From Octopus sinensis (Eukaryota): 64,000 bases of DNA. Where the stretch lies: the NCBI RefSeq assembly GCF_006345805.1, contig NC_043015.1, positions 19,220,001 through 19,284,000 of the forward strand. The letters run 5' to 3'. Under the pieces are notes generated by a model. The model did not search any database. It saw nothing but the letters and a program-made list of their open reading frames with translations, and had not been told where the DNA came from. The translations under genes were made by a program, and so were the position numbers. Shown in pieces: positions 12,501 through 24,500 of this stretch (within the stretch, counting starts at the first letter, position 1; every line of letters begins with the position of its first letter).

Positions 12501-15500
12501 GATAACCATTAGTGTCAAGAATCGTCTTTCTGACCCAATGACTTCTATAAAGGAATCTGAAAGCTTTTACAATGGCTGCATTAATGATGGTGCATTTAAT
12601 AAAAGGCACATTAGTTTTGGGTTTGATTTGATTAAGGTACACAACAGTTAGACGGGGCAACAACTGTCAACAAATAATACAACTTTTCTTTTATGCAGGC
12701 CATTTTCTGTTAAATTCTACTATTTTGATGTCACCTGATATGCTTTTACATGATCTGCCTATGTGTTTTACTTTCTCCAATCACCAGATTTTTTTTTTTA
12801 TTCTAACCTGAAATTTGTTATCAATGGTATTCACATTAAGATATAGTTTGTGAGTTCCAGTTTATGAGTTTGTTGATAGTTTGTGAGTGCCAGTCTTACC
12901 AAAGTTAAATCTTTGTTGAACTTCTCTAGAATTGATAAAATATGCAATAGTAATTGGAGACTGTTTAAGTCAATTATATATCTAGTTGCTTAAAAAGAAA
13001 AAATTGGTCTTTAATTATGCTCTTATTATTCAAAATATAAATCCTCTCAATACGAGAGTTCCTCTCTCCTACTTTCTAATTTCTTAAATATTACAAATTT
13101 TAAGCTATTAATAAGTCTTTTTAATGCAGTAGTGTGACAGAATCAACAGCAGACTAACCAAAATATGTGGAGTATTTCATTATGTTCTACTACCTTATAA
13201 ATTTACATTTCACACAAATCAACTGTGATTTTCACTTTTCTGGGTTTGATCAATAAATTCCTGTTGAAAACTGGAGATGGTTTGATCAACTTTTCCCTAC
13301 AATGCACTAAAATCTGCAGCTTTGTACATGTGTAAGAAACTACTATCACTCTCAAGTTTACAATCTTATCATTCAATACTTACTTTCTTGCATCACTTTC
13401 TGTTTGAGTAGACGAGATTCTTTGGATAGAAGATTGATTAAAAACTAGGCCAAATCCTTTGAGTGTTGAAGAGCTAAGTAAGTTTATGACTGTATGGCGA
13501 GTATAGGGATCAAAACCAGTACTTCAATAAATAGTATGAAACAAAAAATATAAAGAATATCATAAAAATACGGCTTAAAATACAATGAAAATATTTTACT
13601 TGCTGTTTTCACAGGTACGTGAATAATTTTGCTGAGTTTTAGCTATATTATAAGCAAGGTTAGCTCTTGGATTTACTTGCACCCTAGGCAAATGGAATTT
13701 CAATCCCCTTGCAGTATGACTTTTTATAATTTCCACAATGTGAAAAAACTATAAATGAAGGAATAAAATATACATTACAACATACAAGCAGAAAAAAATA
13801 GTTCAAATACAGCAACAGAGTTTCAAATCCTTTAATATGCATAGCTAGGAGCAATGGAGAGAGAGAGACAACTGTCTGACAGACAAACAGAAAGAGAAGA
13901 AGAGAGAAAGACCATATCTACATTACTTGATACATTTTTGTAGTACTGTCATGAAGATGATTGGTGACAGAAAGTCCTCAGATTGGCAGTAATCTGCTAT
14001 ACGTATAACAAATCAAGGTATTTTCATATTTTTAAAAATTTCATTTACTTAATATTTTTACATTTTTCTCTTTGTACTTGGAAGATCTAAAAATACATGA
14101 TGTAGCACATCATGAAGATATCAATGAAATGATGAAAACTAATCTCATGATGTCAAACCTCAGAGAGGAAATGATAAAGGATTCAGATGGTTGGTAGCAC
14201 AAAGTCCTGGAGAAGACTTGGCTATCCATGTATTGATGAAACTGATGTTAAAACATGTTAGTTTAGAGGAAAAGTATATGTATATGTATACACATATATG
14301 TATGTATGTGTATGCAAAGCTTGTCTGCACAAACCTCCTTAATTGCTTCTTGGTTAGAGCTTGTCAATATCACTAGTTTTACATTGATTTCCATTTGATG
14401 TTAGAATCTTGTGGGTTTTAATGTCTATGAAGTGGATTTCTTTTACCAGTCAAGTATCCCAAATGTTAGAATCATCATTGGCATTACAAATGCATTATGG
14501 GATATTGTTTAGTTGTAAGAAGAGAGTTCGATCTGCTATATTTTTCTTAGTCTGGTGCAATATTCTTGAGTCACTCTATTTTTATTCACAGTACCTTGGT
14601 ATGATATATTTTCATCAATGCCAAGGTACTTGTAGCATTCTTTGCATGGGACAGGAGAAGGTGAGACCATTGATGCACAGGTTTTGTATCCAGGAGACTG
14701 ATTTTCCCCATTCAACAATTAAATAAGAATATTTCTTCAGGCCAAATTCCATTCTTATGTCAGCTGAAAATGTTGTTATTGATTCCAGTTGTTTTTTGGC
14801 ATTGTTAACATTTTTTTGCATAAATCTTGAGGTCATCCACAAAGAAATTATGGGTTACATCAATATTTCTTGCAGTTGCAGATCTTAGCATGTAGCCACT
14901 TGTTTTTTATAGCAAGAATGATATTGGATTTAATGTCAAAATGAACAAATGTTCAGAGAGACTATCTTCCTGTATGTATGTATGTATGTGTGTGTGTGTG
15001 TGTGTGCGTGTGTATGTATGTATGTATGTGTGTATGTATGTATGTATGTATGTGTGTATGTGTGTATGTATGCATGTATGTATGCATGTATGTATGTATG
15101 TATATATGTATGTATGTATGTATGTATGCATGCATGCATGTATATATGTCATTGTTCAGTTTTATTTCAAGATTTCTTGCTAATAGAGAAAGAATCGGTT
15201 GATGTTGAAATTCCTTCATTGGAATTTCAACATCAACAACAGGGTATTTTTGTTGTATGTATGTATGTATTCTCATGCATATAGTTGCATATCTAGACAT
15301 GCTCATATATACTTAAATGATAAACTTCTGGAAAGTTTTACAGATTTTTACAGTTCCAGTGATGGACTGAATCTGTAGTCTTCGAATTAGCTTTCTCCTT
15401 TCTGGTTTTGAGAAACCTAATTTCTCAAGATTGGAATTTAGGCAATGTGTTACATATCCCAGGGCCCCAATAATTACAGGTATGAACCTGAACTTGTAAT

Positions 15501-17847
15501 CTGGATAGAGTGACTGCAGATTTCTCAATAGTTCAGCATATGTGTTCTCTTTTTCACTGATCTTCAGCTTTATGTTAACATCTGTTGGGCAGCTAATTTC
15601 CACAACTGTGCACATTTTCTTTTCTTCTTCTTGTATGTATGTATGTATGTATGTATGTATGTTATGTCAGGTCACTTTCGTGTACTGCTGGTAACATGTA
15701 ACCCAGTACAACCTGTTGCATGGTCGGGCCGTCGGCATCTAAACCGGCAACCCCACCAAGCTTGCTTGGTGAGGAGGGTGTTTATTGGACACCCTGAGGC
15801 ATGAAAAACAAATCCCATCAAACGGCGGAGGAACTCTTGAGAGTCAACGGCCATCCAATAAATGTGTATTTTTTTTTAAGGCTTAAGGTTGTATCATGCG
15901 CGGGGACATAGAAATAATCGGACTGAATACCCGATCGTGCAGTTAAACCATTGGGAGTGAAGGACTCCTAGCCTTTGTTACTCAGGTAACTGGAATAACT
16001 CTGACATAAAACCTGCGGCTTAATGGTTTCCGATGATGTTGACTTGTTCTTCTTTTCGGTTTATGGCTGCTGTTGCTTAGTGAGTGGGATTGACTCAGTG
16101 CACAGCCTTTCCTCACTTTAAAAAAAATCTTCTTGCACAGGCATTGCACGATAGCAACATTGTTCATGATTGTTGATAGTGCTGTGAGTCTTAACTGAAT
16201 AGCTGGCTGTAGCCTTAAAAAGCAAATAAAAGTCACATTCGATCTCAGCACCAATAACAGTTAAGCTTCGTGCAATGGCCATACTCGATAATGGGGGGTC
16301 AGCCATCATGTATGTATGTATGTATGTATTTGTTTGTTTTACACCCATTTACTATGCGTCTATTGTTTTGCAGCTGGCTACACTTCCTATCACTAACTAA
16401 TACCTATTTTTCAAGGGCATGTGGCGGAGTGGTTAAGAGCATGGGCTACTAGCCCCAAGATTCCGAGTTCAATTTCAGGCAGTGACCTGAATGATAATAA
16501 TAGTAATAATAACATTGACAAAACTACCTTAGGAATGAGAACCCAGGTTCAAAATTTCCCCAAGACACCTGATGAAGGCTGGAGGGTATATCAACCGAAA
16601 TGTTGTGTTAACAACAAACAAGATGAGGACAAATATCCATCAAATGTAAATAAGGGATTTCTTATTTGACACTTCTGGTGTAGAAGCAAAACTTGGGATC
16701 AAAGTTCCTTAAGGTTAATTAGCGAAGACAAAAGTTCTAGTTAGAAGGAAAACAGACAGAGAGCTAATCCCTTCTGGTAAATGGCTCTGTTTGATATGTA
16801 GAAGAGGTGTTGGTAGAAATCCCATTTGGTGTACTCAGTACAAACTATGGATACATCAGAGGAGCAGTGGAATCACAGGAAGGTTAACAGAGAAAGTAGA
16901 CTTTGTGGCAGATGCATAGGTGCAATAAACACACAGAAATAGATTTCCTTAAATGCTCAGGAGGATCCTTAGAGGTAGTGGATAGGTGAACTAATTAGCA
17001 GGGCTAAAAGAATAGTTGCTTGAAAAAAAAAAAACTAGAGAAAGTTCAGAGAAGTATTACTCTGTTGGTAACAAAAGGTCTCTCTCCCTCTCTATTTCTC
17101 TCTCAGAGTGTGGGGTAGGTAATATTATAGCTGTGTAAAACAGCAATGCTACATAGATGTAAAACTTGAGTTGTGAATGTAGAGGATATGAAAAGACTAG
17201 GAAGAAATGAGGTTAGCATGCTCCAATGGATATGCAGCATCAATGTACATGCATTACAAAGTACAAATGTGTTGAGAGGAGAACTGAGCATAAGAAGCAT
17301 CAAATGTGATGCACAAGAAAAAAGACTGTGCTTGTATCTGTCGTCTTGTGATGCAGATGGATGAGGACAGCTGTATAAAGTAAAGTACACATTGCTAAAT
17401 GTAGAAGGAACCTGTGGAAGAGGAACACCTAAGAATATCTCTTGGAGGAAATGACAAAAGATGGAAATGAGTGATGATATAATGCACTTGAGAAGACCCC
17501 TCCAACTCAGTAAAAAGGAGGTACTGTCAAGTCTTCTCTCACTTGTAACACTCATCTCTCCATTTGATCTTCTAACTGTGATACTATTCACTCAGCTGCT
17601 GTAAATGATACCTCTTATTCCTCCCTACACTTCACATTCTATCCCTACTACTGTCCCTTGTCACCTCTTCCTCTCTAACCTACATATATTTCCTTTCTTT
17701 CACTTCCCTACCTCCACCAAACTGATATTTATTGTATCCACCTCAACCCTCATCTCTAATCATTTGTTACACTCTTTTCAATCTAGTGCACTCCCCATTT
17801 CTATTCTTCTATCCCTACTCTCTCTCTCTCTCTCTCTCCTCCTCTCT

Positions 17848-17879
<32 letters not shown>

Positions 17880-18467
17880 CTTTCATATTCACCTTGTATC
17901 TTGACCTCACATTTTTCTGTCATTCCAGGTGGGAAAGCCAGGTGTTCCCTCTTGAGCAAGACACCTGTTCCTGTCTTTCTATGATACTTTAATATCTCCC
18001 AATACTATATTTCACTCAGTTGAGCAGTCTTGTCTTGCAAGTTCTTGGTGACCTCACCAGTGCTGGTACCATACAAAAGCACTCAGTACACTCTGTAAAG
18101 GGGTTGGCATTAGAGGGACGTCCAGTTGTAGAAACCATGCCAAAATAGACACTGAAGTTTAACACAGCCTTTTGGCTCACTGGTTCCAGTTGATCTGTCC
18201 AACCCATTCCAGCATAGAAAAAGGCATGTTAAAGGATGATGAGAATTATGTCACAACTGGCTTCCATCAAATAAATTCATGCAGTAGGCCTTAGTTGGCC
18301 TAGGGCTATATTAGAATATACTTGCCCAAGCAGTTATTCAGTGAGAGAGAATCAGAAATCACATGGTTACATGTATTTTTATTCACACAGCTATGTCTGC
18401 ACCTGTAAGTATATTTGTATGTTAATATGTGTGTGTGTGCACATGTGTGTATGTGAGTGTGTGTGTA

Positions 18468-18504
<37 letters not shown>

Positions 18505-18528
18505 ATGTATGCATGTATGTATGTATGT

Positions 18529-18568
<40 letters not shown>

Positions 18569-21500
18569 ATGTATGCATGTATGTATATGCACACGTCTGG
18601 GTCTCACCAATATGTCCTTGTGAAGTCTGCATCTACTGCTTCTCTTACCTTTATTACCTTCTCATCTCTTCATCATTCATTTCACTATTACTCATGCATT
18701 CTTCTTTCCCTCATCCACCTTCTTTCCATTTTTTTTGCTTTCTATTTGTTGTAGTATTTTACTGGTAAAGATTGAAGCTCTTTTTCCACCCCATCACTCT
18801 ATTTGTACTGCAGTTATCATTACCTCTCACCAATGTCACTAGCTATTGATATCCATCAATCACCATTGACCACCTCCACTACCTCCATTACTATTCAGCA
18901 CTCTCTGCCTCCATGCATACACACACACACTCTTAAAACTGACTCACCACTCTTGCTGATTCTTCTTCCATCATGACTCTCTCTTCTATTCAGTTTCTTG
19001 AACATTACTCTATGATTGTGTGGCTTAGTGGTTAGGGAATTGGATTCCTTATCACAAGACTGTGGTTTTGATTACTTGACTGGGTGATGCATTGTATTCT
19101 TGAGCGAAGCACTTCATTTCACACTGCACCAGTTCACTCAGCTGGCAAAAATTAGTAATCCTGCAATGGACTGGCATCCCACCCAGGTGCGGAATATACA
19201 CACCATGAAATTAGGAAACTAGTCCTTGTGAGTCAGCATAACTCAAGGAAGTAACTTAACCATTTTGACTCTCTGATGTGTACAAATACATCTTAAAATA
19301 GTAGGACTCTCCAGCCTTACATGATATAAAGTAGGTTCACTTGTGTAGGGCCATGATAAAGTGTGCCCAGTATACTTTATTACATACTGACTGCATAAAG
19401 AGTTTGGAAAACAAACAGAAGCAACATAGGGTCATGAGGACCCTTTAGTCTTGTCCAAAACATGATAACTTTTCTAGTACTGGTGCCATAAAAGGCATCA
19501 AGTATACTGTGTACAATGATTAATGATAGGAAAGCTATCCAGCCATACTAACCAAACCAAAAATAATTTGTACAAGCAAGATGTGTACATGACACCCATC
19601 TAGAAGAGCAGTAATTCCAAATAATAATTCATACTGTGATGACTTGCACAATCCATACCAGCATGAAAAGTGGATGTAAAATGATGATGATGATTATAAT
19701 GAAGATGACAATGATGGCATTTTATAATCCCTTGAAGTCTGTTTAGAGGTCTTGAGATGAAAATCAATAGGAAATACAAGCCAACAGAATGTAAAAAAAT
19801 TTGTTCTACACATTATAAATCCTCTAGACAATGAGAGAAACTCCTGATTTAGAGACAACAAATTTAAATATTAAGAGTGAGAGAGATGTTTAAACAAAGT
19901 GAACTTGAAGAATAAATTGAAATGACAAGCTGAGTTATTTAATTTGAGAAAGGGAAGAGAAAAATAAAAAGGGAGAGAGAAGTATAAAATTAAACATAGT
20001 CATGTCACAAAAGAAAAATCAGAATTAATAAGTGTCATAAAATGGAAGGCAAAGTTTTGATGAGCTGAGTTGTAGATATTTCACTTCACTTTCAACTAAA
20101 ATAAATTTACAGTAAGATAGCGGGTGATATTGTGGTATTGAGGGAGTTGCTTAAATGAGATAAATGAGTGATCTATAGAAGATATGATCCTGAATAGATG
20201 GAAATAAAGATAAATGATACAAATTCAAAATTTAATGAATGACACAATACAGATAATGGTGCTGAGAATGAGAAAACCATTTTAAAACTCATGTAGCAAG
20301 TACATTCTATTCTGATTTTTTTTTTTAATAAATTAAAATAGAAAATCCTTTTGAAAGTTATTTAATAATAAGTAATGAAACAAATATAAATTTTTAAATA
20401 TAATATACTTACTCAAAGTAAAGTCGGTTATGTTCTTTAGCTATATTCCAGATTCTGCCAAATCCTCCCAAGACCATACAGCCCTGAGAAAAAAATTGGT
20501 TGGAATTATTTGAATGCGAAGAAACCAATTTATTATAGTTAATCTTGATGTTTAGCTCAATTAACTTTCCTTACAAAAAAATAAATAAATAAAAATAAGA
20601 AGTATTTCCCTATTGAAGTATGAAAATTATCTTCAGTTTCAATATTTCTAGTCAAAGATGTATACAATAATTAAATTATTTCTTCTTAACAGTTCTATTA
20701 TCATTAATATAATGGTAATTCAGTGATACAATGCAAAGTACTGAAGTATTTTCCAAGTTTCAGTAGAGTTATAGCTTTACAATTTTTTTCTTATTTTCTG
20801 TTACATGCAACCTAGACATTAAGGTTCTCTATGTAACAGAAACCAGCTCTACGTTCTCTAGTAATGTCTCCTGGAGACCTCCATACTTAACATGTCTTAA
20901 ATTTTAATGCAAAAGAAATTGTTTCCTATCAAAATTTCAAAATATACTTAAAGTTTCTCTTTAGAGATTTTCATTATGTTTATAAGTTTATATTTAATTT
21001 TCAAAAATACTACCAATTCATTCTTCTTTTCATGACAAGCCTTATATGATATTAACCATGCATTGCTGTGTAGTAAGAAGCTTGCTTTCCAAACATGTGA
21101 TCTTGGGTTCAGTCCCACTGAATGGCACCTTGGGTAAGTGACTCCCACTATAGTCTCCCACTATAGCCCTAGGCTGTCCAAAGTTTCATGGGTGGATTTG
21201 GTAGACAAAAACTAAAAGAAGCCTCTGTGAGTGTGTGTGTGTCTTTATGTTTGTCCTCCACTACCACTTGAAAACCAGTGTTTTTTTGGTTACATCCCTG
21301 TAATTTAGCAGTCTGGCAAAAAGAAACTGATAGAATAGGTAACAGACTTAAAAATAAGTACTGAGGTAGATTTGTTCAACCAAACCTATCAAGATGGTGC
21401 ACCAGCATGGCCACAATCCAAAGACTAAAACAAATAAAAATTTTAAGTTTTGTCGCCACATGGAAGCAATTACATCTGCTCCTTCAATATTTAGAAAACT

Positions 21501-24500
21501 TCATGTTTGAATTATTTTTCCTTGGTTTTAGAATACATGTCTCTGCATGTAAGAGGCAGCTAAAAAGGTTGACAACAGGAAAGACATGGCCATAGACACT
21601 ACCTCAGAAAAGTTGTCCAACCCATTCCATCATGGAAAAGTAGATTTAAAACACTGATGAGGAATCACGATGGTGCTGATAGATTCTTACTTTAAAGGAG
21701 TCAGCAATAATGAATAAACACAGATTTTTCCTGAAAATATCTATTTTTTTTAAACAGATTTTCTCTGAAAGATATCCAAGAAAATTTTGAGAATTTGTTT
21801 TCATTTTTTATTTTAGTTTTGTTTCCTCAATATAAATAAATGAATAGAGAATTTCGCTATAAAGATAAAATGGTAAGTTTATTTTATTTTACATTGCCTC
21901 AGTTTAAAAAGTTGTTATGAATAGGTAGCAGATTTTCTGAGAAAAGGTCAATAGAGCTGACTTATATTTTCTGTTGTTTTCTTCATTGTAAATATGAGGA
22001 CTGACTTCCTTATATTATCTGTCCTTTTTGACTAAGAAATCACAGTTATGTAATTTTTATAACTATTTGAAGCGATTTACAAACCTTTATAAAGACAGCC
22101 ACCATTCCTGAATACATAATCGCACTTTGAAACACATCTGTCCACACAACAGCTTTCATTCCACCCTGTGAAATAAATCAACAGTTCCGTCTTTAATAAT
22201 TATTTCATTTTCTTATTGCTTTAACTGTACTTACATATAAATATCAATATTAATTAATCAATATCTGAAGCCATTTGAAAATTTGCTTTATTTTATGATC
22301 ATAGTTTTAATGAAATGCATAGCCTTTGTGTAGTAAATAACTGTGAAAATAATCAAGAATATGGATAAATTTGGTAAATCAAATAGATCGTTATCACATG
22401 GGTTTTTAAAACATAAAATAAGATCTTTACCTATGAAAGAGTTTGTGCTCAGTTAAATCAGAGAGATTGAAATATTTAAAGGACCAATAATATATAAAAT
22501 TAGTGTACATTAATACAAAAGAGGTGACCCTAACAGGACACCTTACATGCTAAAAGGAGCAGTCAAAGCCCAAACCACAGTTAAAAGTAATTTCAAAGGG
22601 GATGAAAAATAAAAATAAAATCTATATATATATTTATTTACAATGACTGTTACTTAAAAATAAATCATTTGTCAGTTGAATAAATGCTTGGGTACAAACT
22701 ATTATACAAATCACAGAATTTGGACCAGCTTTCAACTTCTTACCTTTTGACCTCTTACCTTTCTATATATGCTTATATGCCTGGCTAATCATATTTCTAC
22801 ATGAAATATGACAAATTTAAAGCAAGTGACACCTAGAACAAAGCAAGTGATCCAACTAGGAAAATATTTTCTAACATGCTTTTTTCTTTTCAACAGCATG
22901 CAAAAAAATCTTCTCTTCATCTTTTACTGTTCTGTCTTTTTTTTTCTCTTTCTTTTCCTTATTCTACCTCTTTCTCCCAACAACTCAACTTATCAAAGAA
23001 TTCACATAGATGTTTTTATAGCCCACATACTAAAGATGAAGCAAAAAGATATATAAAGGGCTTGGGATCCCCCAAAAGATAGTGTTTATAGGGATGTTGT
23101 AAGGGTGATATGAGGGTGTAAATATATATCTTTGTTGCTATGTATTCTGCCAACAACTTTTTTTTTCTATTGTTGGCAGACAGAATAGTGTTTTATGTGA
23201 GTATGTGTTTTGTTGTATGTGCATTTGGATGCATGTAGGTTTGGATATATATATATGTGTGTGTGTGTTAGTATGCTCTGCTGGATGTGTAATGTCAGAG
23301 TGCATGCACAACAGAGTGCAAGCACTCTGTAAGAAAAGTTGGACATGAGAAGCCTCAGATCTGGTGTGCAAGAGAGACGACTGCACTGGTATGGTCATGT
23401 ATTGTGTACGGATGAGGACAGCTGTATGAAAAAGTGTTACATCCTAACAGTAGAGGGAACTTTGGAAGAGGTAGACCCAGGAAAACCTGGGATGAGGTGG
23501 TGAAGCACAACCTTTGATCGTTGGGCCTCATGGAGGTGATGACAAGTGACAAGTGACTGAGACCTTTGGAGATATGCTGTGCTTGAGATAACCTGGCAAG
23601 CCAAGTGAAACCGTAATCGTGGCTTATGCCTGTGCAGCATAACCAGCCCATTTAAGAGTATCCTTCAATCATAGGGCAATAACTGCACTTGCGAAGACCT
23701 GTTGAGTCAAGTGAAGTCATTGTCATGTCCAATGACAGTACCGCCTGATTGACACCTGTGCCAGTGACATATAAAAAGCATCATTTGAGCATAGTCAATG
23801 CCAGTTCCACCTGACTGGTCCCGTGCCAGTGGCACATAAAAGGAACCATTCGAGCGTGATCATTGCCAGTGCCGCCTAACTGGCTCCCATACCGGTGACA
23901 TATAAAAAGCACCATTCAAGTGTGGTCGATGCCAGTGCAAGCTGACTGGCTCCCATGTCAGTGATATGTAAAAAAACACCATTCAAGCGTGGTCGAGGCC
24001 AGTTCTGCATCCAGCTGTAGAAACTTTGCCAGATCAGATTGGAGCCTGGTGCAGCCTTCTGGCTTGCCAGGCCTCAGTCAAACCGTCCAACCCATGCCAG
24101 CATGAAAAGCAGACTTTAAATGATAATGATGATGATGATGATGATGATGATATATATGTATGTATATGTGTATGAGTCATGTGAGTGTATGATGTGTTGG
24201 TGTGCACATTAAAGAAAAAGAGTGCAGTAGTTGAGTCCATGAAGAATGAAACTTTGAAGAGTAAATATGAGTTCCCGATTAATATGAGGCTGGATAACTG
24301 CTGTGTAGAACTACACTAAACACAGATTAGTGCCTGGTGAAGAGGTCTACAGGACAGAAATGGTATGCAGCAGAGAAGTAATTACAATGTCTGATGTTCT
24401 GCAAATGTTTTGTGAAGTGCTATCACAAACATTATCCTATTTGACGGGTTATTTTAGATTCAGGTGTGGATGAAGGAGTCAGTTATATAAAAAGAGTAAT

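Noticed and set aside
15720-15855. Possible HDV-like ribozyme (GGCCGTT...TTCCTCC)
   Set aside because: P1', P3 and P1.1 are not in the required nested order on either strand.
21650-21710. CTGATGA followed by a gaatc/gattc hairpin
   Set aside because: No GAAA core after the stem.
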